Positions 44,777 through 54,663 are shown, counted from the first letter of the stretch. The stretch: DNA of 64,000 bases from Saprospiraceae bacterium (GCA_049316985.1 JBMOJB010000003.1:4093-68092), one strand, 5' to 3'. The notes: generated from the letters alone by a model not told the origin. A program made the numbers and translations.

Positions 44777-45495
44777 TGACCACTTGGTTACAAGGCAAAG
44801 TAGTGAACATTTTGCAGGAAAGTCCTTCTGTAAAGCGTTTTTTTATAGAAATACCAGCTGTAAATTGCTTTAATTTCAAGGCTGGACAATTTGTAACTTT
44901 TGATTTGCCGGTCGGTGAAAAAAGACTGCAAAGATGGCGGAGCTATTCCATTGCCAACGCACCTAATAATGGGAATGTAATTGAATTGTGCATTGTTAAG
45001 GTAGAAATGGGATTGGCCAGCACTTATTTCTTTCAAAAAGTAGCAATCGGGACAATACTAAAATTTAAAGGACCTGAAGGGACTTTTTGTCTCCCGGAAA
45101 TTGTTGATCATGATACCGTCATGATTTGTACCGGTACGGGTGTGGCGCCTTTCCGCAGCATCATAAATGACGTTTTGGACAAGGGTTTTGTCATAAATCT
45201 TCATTTGATTTTCGGCTGTCGGACGGTCGCAGATATTTTATATCGCGCTGAATTTGAGGAGTTGGCTAGAAAAAATGTAAATTTCACATATGATGTGTGT
45301 TTGTCGCGTGAAAAAGTAGCTGACCTGTATTTCGGATATGTACACGATGTTTATATGTCCAAATACAAAGATGCAAAAGCAAACACAAGATTTTATATTT
45401 GTGGTTGGAATAAAATGATTGATGAGACTGTTGAGAATCTCATCGTAAAAATGGGATGTAGCAGATCCCAAGTTCTGTATGAGTTGTATGGTTAA
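44776..45495 (+). CDS. Ferredoxin-NADP reductase-like FAD/NAD(P)-binding oxidoreductase
   Basis: 239-aa ORF. RSYSIAN (RxYS FAD motif) and MICTGTGVAPFRS (NAD(P) GxGxxP motif). The start overlaps the GH3 stop (TAATG). Confidence 0.8.
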   Translation: MTTWLQGKVVNILQESPSVKRFFIEIPAVNCFNFKAGQFVTFDLPVGEKRLQRWRSYSIANAPNNGNVIELCIVKVEMGLASTYFFQKVAIGTILKFKGPEGTFCLPEIVDHDTVMICTGTGVAPFRSIINDVLDKGFVINLHLIFGCRTVADILYRAEFEELARKNVNFTYDVCLSREKVADLYFGYVHDVYMSKYKDAKANTRFYICGWNKMIDETVENLIVKMGCSRSQVLYELYG

Positions 45496-45507
45496 AATCT
45501 AGAAATA

Positions 45508-46713
45508 ATGAAAATTGGAATTATCAGCGAGGGAAAAATACCGCCTGACAATAGAGTCGCACTTACACCCAAGCAATGTGCATATGTTTCGGAAATCTAT
45601 CCTGTGGATTTTATTATTGAACCTTCGGAGAAGAGATGTTTCGCGGATGAGGAGTATGCTCGGGAAGGTCTAAAAATTAGCAGTGATTTAAGTCAGTGCG
45701 ATGTACTTATGGGTGTAAAAGAAGTTCCAGTTTCACTACTTTATGAAGATAAAACCTATTTTTTCTTTTCGCACACGATAAAAAAACAGCCTTATAACAG
45801 GAAACTGTTGCAGGCATTATTAGAGAAGAAAATCCGCATGATTGATTATGAAGTATTGAAAGATGTAATGGGGCAACGATTAATCGCTTTTGGTCATTAT
45901 GCAGGCATCGTAGGTGCCCATAATGCATTGTGGACCTATGGAAAGAGGACCGGTTTGTGTTCTTTGAACAGGGCATGTGAAAGTCATGATTATGAATTAT
46001 TGAAAAAGCAGTACAAAGACCTTAATTTGCCGGCGATTAAAATTTGCCTGACCGGCAATGGGAGGGTTGCTAATGGAGCAATTGAAGTATTAAAAGATAT
46101 GAAAATCAGGGAAGTTTCTCCCGAAGATTACTTAAACAAACGATTTGATGAGGTCGTTTTTACACAGCTACACGGAAGACATTATGTGAGAAACAAGAAA
46201 AATCTTCCTTTTGTCAAAAATGAATTTTACAACCACCCAGAACGCTTTGAATCTGCTTTTGGACCCTATGCAAAAGTAACTGATGTTTTTATTAATGCCA
46301 TATTCTGGGACTCCCGTTCCCCTCAATTTTTTAGCTTGGAGGAAATGAAGTCTCCTGAATTTAAAATCAAAGTAATTGCAGATGTAACCTGTGATATTGC
46401 ACCTAAGTCTTCGGTGCCTTCTACCTTGAAAGCATCCACCATTGCAGATCCTGTTTATGGTTACAATCCACAAAGTGAAAAAATTGAAGCACCTTTTCAA
46501 CAACATGTAATTGATGTTATGGCGATTGACAATTTGCCTAATGAATTACCAAGGGATGCCTCGGAGTTTTTTGGAAATCAGTTTATTGAAAACATACTGA
46601 CTGAACTGCTACATTTACAGGACAGTGCCATCATAGAAAACGCGACAATCACAAAAGACGGGAAGTTGACACCGATGTTTGAGTACCTTAGCGATTATGT
46701 GGAAGGCAATTAA
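45508..46713 (+). CDS. Saccharopine dehydrogenase (L-lysine-forming)/lysine-ketoglutarate-reductase-like, AlaDH/PNT-fold oxidoreductase
   Basis: 401-aa ORF. The block DVLMGVKEVPVSLLYEDKTYFFFSHTIKKQPYNRKLLQALLEKKIRMIDYE resembles the LKR domain of AASS-type enzymes, from memory. It starts 12 nt after the previous gene. Confidence 0.7.
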   Translation: MKIGIISEGKIPPDNRVALTPKQCAYVSEIYPVDFIIEPSEKRCFADEEYAREGLKISSDLSQCDVLMGVKEVPVSLLYEDKTYFFFSHTIKKQPYNRKLLQALLEKKIRMIDYEVLKDVMGQRLIAFGHYAGIVGAHNALWTYGKRTGLCSLNRACESHDYELLKKQYKDLNLPAIKICLTGNGRVANGAIEVLKDMKIREVSPEDYLNKRFDEVVFTQLHGRHYVRNKKNLPFVKNEFYNHPERFESAFGPYAKVTDVFINAIFWDSRSPQFFSLEEMKSPEFKIKVIADVTCDIAPKSSVPSTLKASTIADPVYGYNPQSEKIEAPFQQHVIDVMAIDNLPNELPRDASEFFGNQFIENILTELLHLQDSAIIENATITKDGKLTPMFEYLSDYVEGN

Positions 46714-47411
46714 TCAATTGTTGATATTTTAACTTTTCTGGCTTTTTTTTGCTCGTTATTGCTTTCGTAAATAACGTATTGCTGGTACTTCACCATGTCT
46801 TTTTCGGCCCAGATATCTTTTCCGATATTGCAAGCCAGAATCATAGCGGTGTACAATTGATTGCCAATTTCCACTCTTCTTTCGACAGCGATGTCGCGAT
46901 CAGCTATTTTATCTTGCTGAATGTTCATCGCGTTTTCGAATTCAGTGCAGGCTTCCTGTACTTTTGAAATAACGAGGTCATTTAAACCGGTATCACTAAG
47001 AAAGTCGATTTGCTGACGAGCCACTCGGATAACTCTTCTTCCACAGAAAAGTAATTGAGCATCTGTCATGTCTCCAATTTTTGAGGTGCCAAATTTTCTA
47101 TATCGGCCTGATCGATTATTGAATTTTATTTCGACCCTTGTCATGACACTTCGGATCGCATTTTTTAATTTTTCAGCTGATTTTGTTTTCTTTTCAGTCA
47201 CAATCATTTGGTCACCTACCATTTCATCATCATCTGGAAGCGCGTGGATTCGATCACAGAGCGCTCTAAATCCTTTTAGTCTTTCGACGTCATACCCGTA
47301 CGGTCTGAAAAGTTCGATATCTCGGAGAATATTCTTAATCACTTCCAGACATTGAAGGTACAAATCTGCGTCTGGCACATTGTATAATCGGTGCCCTGCT
47401 TGTTTTTTCAT
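46710..47411 (-). CDS. Hypothetical cytoplasmic, predicted helical protein
   Basis: 233-aa ORF with no signal peptide or motif I recognise. It has its own -7 box 23 nt upstream. Confidence 0.6.
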   Translation of the reverse strand: MKKQAGHRLYNVPDADLYLQCLEVIKNILRDIELFRPYGYDVERLKGFRALCDRIHALPDDDEMVGDQMIVTEKKTKSAEKLKNAIRSVMTRVEIKFNNRSGRYRKFGTSKIGDMTDAQLLFCGRRVIRVARQQIDFLSDTGLNDLVISKVQEACTEFENAMNIQQDKIADRDIAVERRVEIGNQLYTAMILACNIGKDIWAEKDMVKYQQYVIYESNNEQKKARKVKISTID

Positions 47412-47433
47412 ATTTAAAAGTTGATTTCGATGG

Positions 47434-47441
47434 CAAAGATA
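47434..47441 (-). promoter_or_regulatory. -7 box TATCTTTG for the 46710..47411 gene
   Basis: Exact TAnnTTTG on the minus strand, 23 nt upstream of 47411. Confidence 0.45.
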
Positions 47442-47550
47442 ACATTTATAATTTTAAAAATTAATTTTACTTAGTTAAGAATTTCTTTTAAATATTTAAC
47501 TATATCAAATCCATTTTTGAACACAAATGCGTTCGCTAACTAATTTGTTT

Positions 47551-47558
47551 TAATTTTG
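47551..47558 (+). promoter_or_regulatory. -7 box TAATTTTG for murD
   Basis: Exact TAnnTTTG 24 nt upstream of 47582. Confidence 0.45.
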
Positions 47559-47581
47559 CAAAAAAATACAAATTTGAAAAA

Positions 47582-48919
47582 ATGAAAAAACTAATCATTT
47601 TAGGGGCAGGGGAGAGTGGCACAGGAGCAGCAATACTCGGCAAGCAACAAGGGTACGACGTATTTCTTTCAGATAACGGTCCCATAAAAGAAATGTATAA
47701 AGCAGACCTCGAAAGGGCAAGTATTGAATACGAAGAAAATGGCCACAACAACAGCAGAATACTGGAAGCAGATTGTGTAGTGAAAAGCCCGGGTATACCC
47801 GATAAGGCTCCGCTGGTGCAGATGTTGTTGAAAAAAGGTGTGTCCGTCATTAGTGAAATTGAATTTGCAAGTTGGTTTTCTAAAGTTAAAACAATTGGAA
47901 TTACCGGAAGTAATGGGAAGACCACTACCACTATGTTGACTTTTCATCTCCTGAAAGCTGCCGGATTTCCTGTCCATGTTGGAGGGAATATAGGTTTCAG
48001 TTACGCCAGATTGGTTGCAGATGAAAAATTGGCTGAATCAGACAGCGCTCCTAACTTGTGGTATGTACTTGAATTATCCAGTTTTCAATTAGATGGTATT
48101 GTAGATTACCGACCCAATATTTCTATGATACTCAATATTACTCCCGATCATTTAGACAGGTACGAGTACAAGATGGATAATTATATCGCGGCTAAGTTTC
48201 GGATTGCAATGAATCAAACTGATCTTGATTACTTCATTTACAATTCAGATAATGAAAATATCAGCACATATTTATCGCAAAAATACAATGGGAAAGCCCA
48301 GAGAATTCAAGTTAAGCGAAGCTTGTATGAAATTGGCATCCTGCGTTTTCCTGAGTATGCGCTTACGTTCAATTTAAAGTACAGTCAACTAAAGGGTGAG
48401 CACAATTGGTTTAATGCATATTGTGCCGTAAAAGCGGCTCTTCTTGCGGGCGCATCTCCAGAAAAAATTCAAGAGGGTCTTGAGAGTTTTCAGAATGTCG
48501 CACATCGTCTTGAGTTCGTCGCTGCAATCGGTGGTGTCGAGTACATCAATGACAGTAAAGCCACCAATGTTGATAGTGTTTATTATGCCCTCGGTGCAAT
48601 GGATCGGCCAACAATCTTGATCTTAGGTGGAACAGATAAAGGCAACGACTACCGGCAAATTGATGAATTGGTGCGGTCCAAAGTAAAAGCTATTGTCTGC
48701 ATGGGAAAAGACAATTCAACTATTTTAAACCACTTTGGGAATTTTGATCTCCCCATATTTGAAACACATAGCGCATTGGAAGCAGTTAATAAAGCATCCT
48801 CGCTGTCTGATCCCGGAGATACTGTTTTGCTTTCACCAGCCTGTGCCAGCTTTGATTTGTTTCGCAATTATGAAGATCGAGGTGAGCAGTTTAAGGAAGC
48901 AGTGTTGTCACTAGCTTAA
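47582..48919 (+). CDS. murD: UDP-N-acetylmuramoyl-L-alanine--D-glutamate ligase
   Basis: 445-aa ORF. N-terminal Rossmann block ILGAGESGTGAA, the Mur ligase P-loop GITGSNGKTTTT, and NITPDHLDR. Confidence 0.9.
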   Translation: MKKLIILGAGESGTGAAILGKQQGYDVFLSDNGPIKEMYKADLERASIEYEENGHNNSRILEADCVVKSPGIPDKAPLVQMLLKKGVSVISEIEFASWFSKVKTIGITGSNGKTTTTMLTFHLLKAAGFPVHVGGNIGFSYARLVADEKLAESDSAPNLWYVLELSSFQLDGIVDYRPNISMILNITPDHLDRYEYKMDNYIAAKFRIAMNQTDLDYFIYNSDNENISTYLSQKYNGKAQRIQVKRSLYEIGILRFPEYALTFNLKYSQLKGEHNWFNAYCAVKAALLAGASPEKIQEGLESFQNVAHRLEFVAAIGGVEYINDSKATNVDSVYYALGAMDRPTILILGGTDKGNDYRQIDELVRSKVKAIVCMGKDNSTILNHFGNFDLPIFETHSALEAVNKASSLSDPGDTVLLSPACASFDLFRNYEDRGEQFKEAVLSLA

Positions 48920-49070
48920 AAGTTGTGTTGAAGTGCTTTATCTATCGGCACGCCTCAAGATAGAGAACTTGTATTGAAATGACTAATGAGTTTATCTTTT
49001 TGAAAATCAATTTGTTCTGTTCATTTTATAAAAAAAGTTGCTTTTTTTTTGAAAAAATAAGTTCAAAAAT

Positions 49071-49101
49071 TTGCACACTCAAAAAACTAGCCATATCTTT
49101 G
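49071..49101 (+). promoter_or_regulatory. Candidate promoter of the tRNA-tuf operon (TTG 49071, TATCTTTG 49094-49101)
   Basis: Exact TAnnTTTG with a TTG 23 nt upstream, 109 nt before the first tRNA. Confidence 0.5.
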
Positions 49102-49209
49102 CATCGCTTTTGAAAAGGTAGTTATTTTAGGGCAACCAAACCAAGAGTAAAATCTTTGAAATTGTCACATTTTTTGACTTGATTATCAAGGGTATATGAG
49201 AGTTAACAA

Positions 49210-49282
49210 GCCAAAGTAGCTCAGTTGGTAGAGCAGCTGATTTGTAATCAGCTGGTCGGGGGTTCGAGTCCCTCCTTTGGCT
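49210..49282 (+). tRNA. tRNA-Thr (anticodon UGU)
   Basis: Folded by hand. Acceptor GCCAAAG/CTTTGGC, D arm GCTC-AGTTGGTA-GAGC, anticodon stem GCTGA/TCAGC with loop TTTGTAA, T arm GGGGG-TTCGAGT-CCCTC. Confidence 0.9.
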
Positions 49283-49322
49283 CTTTTCCTTTTCTAATAT
49301 TCGTAGTAGGGAAATTTTTGAC

Positions 49323-49403
49323 GGGAGTGTACCAGAGTGGCCAAATGGGGCAGACTGTAACTCTGCTGGGAAACCTTCGGTGGTTCGAATCCATCCGCTC
49401 CCA
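49323..49403 (+). tRNA. tRNA-Tyr (anticodon GUA), long variable arm
   Basis: Acceptor GGGAGTG/CGCTCCC, anticodon loop CTGTAAC, a long variable arm, and T loop GGTTCGAATCC. The ends are accurate to within 1-2 nt. Confidence 0.85.
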
Positions 49404-49540
49404 CTAAGTAAAAATTTGAAAGTCATAAAGTCGATAAAGCTGTATTTTACACTATTGCGCTTTATGACTTTTTAATTATAATGTCAATCAACTGTTTTAA
49501 ATTGTTTTTTGACTAAAATTTATTTGAAAAATTAAATGAT

Positions 49541-49613
49541 GCGGGAGTAGCTCAGTTGGTAGAGCGACAGCCTTCCAAGCTGTAGGTCGCGGGTTCGAGC
49601 CTCGTCTCCCGCT
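49541..49613 (+). tRNA. tRNA-Gly (anticodon UCC)
   Basis: Acceptor GCGGGAG/CTCCCGC, anticodon stem ACAGC/GCTGT with loop CTTCCAA. The T arm GCGGG-TTCGAGC-CTCGT contains two G-U pairs. Confidence 0.85.
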
Positions 49614-49742
49614 CAAATTTTTTTAAAAGACGGAGAGAATTATATTAGTAAACGATATCAAGATCGCTTTGTACATTTTTATTCGTGTGCAAAGTTTTTT
49701 GAGGATAAGGCCTACTGAGTAGTCAATTTTTTTCGCATTATT

Positions 49743-49814
<72 letters not shown>

Positions 49815-49868
49815 CTATTTAACTTCGAACATTATTTTTTAACACATTTTACATTTTTACTTCTTAAA

Positions 49869-51065
49869 ATGGCTAAAGAAACATTTAATAGATCAAAGCC
49901 CCACGTTAACATTGGTACAATCGGTCACGTTGACCACGGTAAGACTACATTAACGGCGGCGATCACTTCTGTTTTGGCAAACAAGGGTTTGGCTGAAAAG
50001 AAATCTTATGACTCCATCGATGCAGCTCCTGAAGAAAAGGCTCGTGGTATAACTATTAACACTGCTCACGTTGAGTATGAAACTGCAAATCGTCACTATG
50101 CACACGTTGACTGTCCAGGTCACGCGGATTATGTTAAGAACATGATTACGGGTGCTGCTCAAATGGATGGTGCGATTTTGGTTTGTGCTGCGACTGATGG
50201 GCCGATGCCTCAAACTCGTGAGCACATCTTGTTGGCTCGCCAGGTAGGTGTACCAGAAGTTGTTGTTTTCATGAACAAAGTTGACTTGGTTGAGGATCCT
50301 GAAATGTTGGAATTGGTTGAAATGGAATTGCGTGAACTGTTAAGCTCTTACAAGTTTGATGGCGATAACACTCCAATCATTCAAGGTTCAGCGTTGAAAG
50401 CTCTTGATGGACAACCTGAATGGGTTGCTAAAATTGAAGAGTTGATGGCAGCTTGTGATAGCTACATTCCTGAACCTGTTCGTGCAGTTGATAAGGATTT
50501 CCTTATGCCAGTTGAGGATGTATTTACGATCACTGGTCGTGGTACAGTTGCAACCGGACGTATCGAGCGTGGTGTAATCAAAGTTGGTGAAGCTGTAGAG
50601 ATTATCGGTATGATGCCTGACGGTGCGAAGCCTCTTGCTTCTACTTGTACAGGTGTTGAGATGTTCCGTAAATTATTGGATCGCGGTGAAGCGGGTGATA
50701 ATGCAGGTATTTTGTTGCGTGGTATTGACAAAGAAGCTATCCGTCGTGGAATGGTAATTTGCAAGCCGGGTTCTGTAAAGCCTCACAAACACTTCAAAGC
50801 TGAGGTTTATGTACTTTCCAAAGATGAAGGTGGACGTCACACTCCATTTTTCAACGGTTACCGTCCACAGTTCTATTTCCGTACAACAGACGTTACAGGA
50901 GACTGTACACTTCCTGCTGGTGTTGAAATGGTTCTTCCTGGTGATAACGTAAACTTGGAAGTTAAATTGATCAATACGATTGCAATGGAAAAAGGTCTAC
51001 GTTTCGCTATCCGTGAGGGTGGCCGTACAGTAGGTGCAGGTCAGGTAACTGAGATCATTTCGTAG
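49869..51065 (+). CDS. tuf: Elongation factor Tu
   Basis: [28 protein letters not shown]..., [12 protein letters not shown]. The track ORF (49773) is an upstream read-through across tRNA-Thr. The true ATG is at 49869. Confidence 0.97.
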   Translation: MAKETFNRSKPHVNIGTIGHVDHGKTTLTAAITSVLANKGLAEKKSYDSIDAAPEEKARGITINTAHVEYETANRHYAHVDCPGHADYVKNMITGAAQMDGAILVCAATDGPMPQTREHILLARQVGVPEVVVFMNKVDLVEDPEMLELVEMELRELLSSYKFDGDNTPIIQGSALKALDGQPEWVAKIEELMAACDSYIPEPVRAVDKDFLMPVEDVFTITGRGTVATGRIERGVIKVGEAVEIIGMMPDGAKPLASTCTGVEMFRKLLDRGEAGDNAGILLRGIDKEAIRRGMVICKPGSVKPHKHFKAEVYVLSKDEGGRHTPFFNGYRPQFYFRTTDVTGDCTLPAGVEMVLPGDNVNLEVKLINTIAMEKGLRFAIREGGRTVGAGQVTEIIS

Positions 51066-51143
51066 TCGAAATTATAATTTGTGAATGAGCGAAAGGTTAG
51101 ACATTGTTAACACATGTTTGCTTTCGCTCATTCTCACTTATAC

Positions 51144-51214
51144 ACGGGATTAGTTCAATGGCAGAATAGCGGTCTCCAAAACCGTTGATGGGAGTTCGAA
51201 TCTCTCATTCCGTG
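51144..51214 (+). tRNA. tRNA-Trp (anticodon CCA)
   Basis: Acceptor ACGGGAT/ATTCCGT, anticodon loop CTCCAAA, T arm GGGAG-TTCGAAT-CTCTC. It sits in the canonical tuf / tRNA-Trp / secE position. Confidence 0.85.
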
Positions 51215-51277
51215 CTTATAATCATAAATGAAGCAGTACATTTGTTTTACAAAATGCTGCTGGTAAATTGAAATGAA

Positions 51278-51466
51278 ATGGATAAAATTAAGTTATACAT
51301 CGTTGAAAGTTACGATGAATTGAAAAATCAGGTCACCTGGCCGACTTGGGAAAACCTTCAGCAGACTGGAATGTTAGTTCTTGGATCGACTTTGCTGGTT
51401 TCTTTGATGATTTTTGTAATGGATATCATTTCAAAGCAATTGACTTCATTGATCTATGGACTCTAG
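51278..51466 (+). CDS. secE: Preprotein translocase subunit SecE
   Basis: 62-aa ORF with a single C-terminal TM helix (MLVLGSTLLVSLMIFVMDII), located immediately before nusG. Confidence 0.85.
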   Translation: MDKIKLYIVESYDELKNQVTWPTWENLQQTGMLVLGSTLLVSLMIFVMDIISKQLTSLIYGL

Positions 51467-51549
51467 AAGTCTTTGACAGCCTGTCTATAACGAAAGGCTT
51501 TTGTTTTGCCCAAATATTAGTTTCACATTTATCACTACCGTTTAATTTT

Positions 51550-52098
51550 ATGGCTGAAGAAAGAAGATGGTACTCACTTAGGGTAGTGAGTCAAAAGGAA
51601 CATAAGATTGCCGATCGCTTAAAGCTGGAAGTTAGCAGAAGTAAATGGGGTGACATTGTAACATCAGTAATTGTTCCTTCCGAAAAAGTATATAAGATTA
51701 AAAACGGAAAGAAAGTTATTTCTGAACGCAACATTTTACCCGGTTATTTATTGGTTGAAGCCGTTCCTTCGATGTTTACTGCAGAGATTGTAAAGGCATT
51801 GACTGATGTTCAAGATGTAATGCATTTTTTGCCGCGAATTAAACCTGACCCGCTTTCCACTATAGAAGTAAATCGTCTGCTTGGAAAAGTTGATGAGTCC
51901 AGTGAGCAAGGAGAGACTATGGTTGAACCATTTATTGCCGGTGAAACTATTAAAATAATTGATGGGCCATTCAGTGGTTTTGTAGGTGATATCATTGATG
52001 TCAATGATGAAAAAAAGAAAGTAAAAGTCATTGTCAAAATTTTTGGTAGAGGGACTGAAGTTGAATTGAATTTCTTGCAAGTAGAGAAGGATCAATAA
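51550..52098 (+). CDS. nusG: Transcription termination/antitermination factor NusG
   Basis: MAEERRWYSLRVVSQKEHKI... (NGN domain) and the C-terminal KOW block GETIKIIDGPFSGFVGDI. The track ORF start at 51346 is an out-of-context extension overlapping secE. Confidence 0.92.
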   Translation: MAEERRWYSLRVVSQKEHKIADRLKLEVSRSKWGDIVTSVIVPSEKVYKIKNGKKVISERNILPGYLLVEAVPSMFTAEIVKALTDVQDVMHFLPRIKPDPLSTIEVNRLLGKVDESSEQGETMVEPFIAGETIKIIDGPFSGFVGDIIDVNDEKKKVKVIVKIFGRGTEVELNFLQVEKDQ

Positions 52099-52285
52099 AT
52101 TTTTTTTGACAGTTTAAAGTTTAATTAATAATAATCGACACTTCTCCGTCTGCTGTTATTTTTAAACTTCCTGTATATAGTTTAATGTAAATATGGTTAC
52201 GACATGAGAAGGCTTCCACTTTTTACATGTTAATTCCATGAATACTTCTAAACACATTTTTTAAGCATTTAATCGTAAAAACGAC

Positions 52286-52726
52286 ATGGCAAAAGAAGTT
52301 GATGTGTTTATCAAACTCCAGGTGAAGGGTGGCGCTGCCAATCCTGCTCCACCAATCGGACCTGCACTAGGTTCAAAAGGTGTGAATATCATGGAGTTTT
52401 GTAAGCGTTTTAACGCGCAAACACAAGACCAGCCCGGAAAAGTATTGCCGGTAGTTATTTCGGTTTATAAAGATAAGTCCTTTGATTTTGTGATCAAGAC
52501 CCCTCCTGCTGCAATTCAGCTGTTGGAAGTTGCGAAAGTAAAACAAGGTTCTGATCAACCAAACCGTAATAAAGTCGGTTCTGTGACCTGGGATCAGGTA
52601 CGTGCGATTGCAGAAAACAAAATGCCGGATCTCAATTGTTTCAAAATTGAGTCAGCCATGAAGATGGTGGCAGGAACTGCTCGCTCACTTGGTATTACAG
52701 TAACAGGTACTGCTCCTTGGGCATAG
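52286..52726 (+). CDS. rplK: 50S ribosomal protein L11
   Basis: 146-aa ORF: [35 protein letters not shown]. Confidence 0.97.
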   Translation: MAKEVDVFIKLQVKGGAANPAPPIGPALGSKGVNIMEFCKRFNAQTQDQPGKVLPVVISVYKDKSFDFVIKTPPAAIQLLEVAKVKQGSDQPNRNKVGSVTWDQVRAIAENKMPDLNCFKIESAMKMVAGTARSLGITVTGTAPWA

Positions 52727-52858
52727 TCATTATTTAACTGCAAATTCTATGTATTTCAATATTTGAAATAGTTGAATTTGTATAGGGAGTTCCTAAACTG
52801 AATATTTGTAAATTTCAGAGGAAAGGAATGTTATTCACCTTTAAACACAATCAATAAA

Positions 52859-53584
52859 ATGGCAGGTACTAAACCTAATCACACACCTCGTGTGAAAGTC
52901 ACAAAAAAAAGAAAAGCGGTAGACAGCAAAGTTGACAGCAGCAAATTGTATCCTATTAAGGATGCAATGAGCTTAGTCAAAGAAGTTAATGTCGCAAAAT
53001 TTGATGCATCGGTAGATATTCACGTACGTTTGGGAATTGACCCTAGGAAAGCGGATCAGGCTTTGCGTGGAACTGTTAGTTTGCCTCACGGAACTGGTAA
53101 AACCAAGCGCGTTTTGGTACTATGTACCCCTGACAAGGAAGCTGAAGCAAAGGCTGCAGGAGCAGATTATGTAGGTCTTGATGAATACATTACTAAGATC
53201 CAGGGTGGTTGGACAGATATCGACGTAATCGTCGCTACTCCTAACGTAATGGTGCAGCTTGGTAAAGTTGGTAGGATTTTGGGACCACGTGGTTTGATGC
53301 CTAATCCAAAAACAGGTACAGTAACTATGGACGTAGCAGCAGCAGTTGCAGATGTAAAAGGCGGTAAAATTGCTTTCCGTGTTGATAAATTTGGTATTGT
53401 TCATGCTTCTGTAGGTCGTACTTCGTTTAGTGCAGACAAGCTCGCTGAAAATGCGATGGAATTGCTTAACACTTTGGTGAAAATGAAACCATCAACTGCA
53501 AAAGGTACTTATATGAAGACGATAGCAGTTGCAAGTACCATGAGCCCGGGTGTTAAAGTAGATACTAAAGGTGTCAAATTATAA
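52859..53584 (+). CDS. rplA: 50S ribosomal protein L1
   Basis: 241-aa ORF: [50 protein letters not shown]. Confidence 0.95.
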   Translation: MAGTKPNHTPRVKVTKKRKAVDSKVDSSKLYPIKDAMSLVKEVNVAKFDASVDIHVRLGIDPRKADQALRGTVSLPHGTGKTKRVLVLCTPDKEAEAKAAGADYVGLDEYITKIQGGWTDIDVIVATPNVMVQLGKVGRILGPRGLMPNPKTGTVTMDVAAAVADVKGGKIAFRVDKFGIVHASVGRTSFSADKLAENAMELLNTLVKMKPSTAKGTYMKTIAVASTMSPGVKVDTKGVKL

Positions 53585-53614
53585 TTTTACAAAGCAATTT
53601 AAAAATATTTCTAA

Positions 53615-54142
53615 ATGACAAAAGATAAGAAGACGTCAGAAATTGCCATGCTGAAAGATATGTTTGAAGCTAGTCCCTTCTTTTATATCGTAGATGCATC
53701 GACAATGACTGTCGAAAAGGTCAACAGTCTCCGCGGGAAATGTTATGAGCAAGGCATTCTCATGAAAGTGGCCAAGAACACCTTGATTCGCAAAGCGTTG
53801 GAGTCTCAACCTGCAGAAAAAAACTTCGATTCGGTTTATGAAGCACTTCATGGACCAACGGCAGTTTTATTAGCAGATGTTGCTAATGTACCTGCGCGTC
53901 TTTTGAAAGAATTCAGAAAGGAGAATGACAGACCGATTCTTAAAGCTGCCTATATTGATGGTTCTGCTTTTATTGGTGATGATCAGATTGACATGCTGAC
54001 TAAGCTCAAATCTAAAGAAGAGTTGGTGGGCGAAGTTATCGGCTTGTTGCAATCTCCGGCTTCGAATCTTATCTCAGCACTTAAATCAGGTGGAGGAAAG
54101 ATCGCGGGCTTAGTGAAGGCTCTTGAAGATCGTGCGGCTTAA
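53615..54142 (+). CDS. rplJ: 50S ribosomal protein L10
   Basis: 175-aa ORF located between rplA and rplL. It has the L10-like block LRGKCYEQGILMKVAKNTLIRKAL. Confidence 0.93.
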   Translation: MTKDKKTSEIAMLKDMFEASPFFYIVDASTMTVEKVNSLRGKCYEQGILMKVAKNTLIRKALESQPAEKNFDSVYEALHGPTAVLLADVANVPARLLKEFRKENDRPILKAAYIDGSAFIGDDQIDMLTKLKSKEELVGEVIGLLQSPASNLISALKSGGGKIAGLVKALEDRAA

Positions 54143-54232
54143 TTGCCATTATTGGATTTCTGTAAAGAATTACAATAAAATAAATCAAATTTTTTAAACA
54201 TTATTATTTAAATTAATTAAAACTATCATACA

Positions 54233-54613
54233 ATGGCAGATTTGAAAGCTCTAGCTGAAAACCTAGTAAACCTTACAATTAAGGAAGTTAACGAATTAGC
54301 AACTATTTTAAAAGACGAGTACGGTATCGAACCGGCTGCTGCAGCTGTAGCTGTTGCTGCTGCTCCTGCTGCTGGTGGGGCTGCTGATGCTGCTCCTGCA
54401 AAGACAGAGTTCGATGTTGTTCTAAAAGATCCGGGTGCTGCTAAGTTGAACGTGGTTAAAGAAGTTAAAAATATCACTGGTCTTGGTTTGAAAGAAGCTA
54501 AAGATTTGGTGGATGGTGCTCCTTCAGTAGTGAAAGAGAAAGCATCTAAAGAAGAAGCAGAATCCATTAAGGCTGCTTTGGAAGCTGCAGGTGCAGTAGT
54601 CGAGTTAAAGTAA
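54233..54613 (+). CDS. rplL: 50S ribosomal protein L7/L12
   Basis: 126-aa ORF with an Ala/Pro-rich hinge ([21 protein letters not shown]) and the C-terminal block [23 protein letters not shown]. Confidence 0.97.
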   Translation: MADLKALAENLVNLTIKEVNELATILKDEYGIEPAAAAVAVAAAPAAGGAADAAPAKTEFDVVLKDPGAAKLNVVKEVKNITGLGLKEAKDLVDGAPSVVKEKASKEEAESIKAALEAAGAVVELK

Positions 54614-54634
54614 TGTTCTATAGTTAAATAAAAT

Positions 54635-54663
54635 ATATTTGGGGCATATTTTGCCCCAAATAT
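54635..54663 (+). terminator. Hairpin after rplL (candidate partial terminator or attenuator ahead of rpoB)
   Basis: Perfect 12-bp stem atatttggggca / tgccccaaatat with a 5-nt loop. Only a weak T-tract follows. Confidence 0.5.

Noticed and set aside
47536-47977. 131-aa and 102-aa minus-strand ORFs overlapping the murD 5' region
   Set aside because: They are antisense to a well-supported murD with a promoter box. They have no start context and their composition is low-complexity.
49127-49426. 99-aa minus-strand ORF (and the 60-aa plus ORF at 49225..49407) over the tRNA cluster
   Set aside because: Both lie across tRNA-Thr and tRNA-Tyr. tRNA genes explain the sequence completely.
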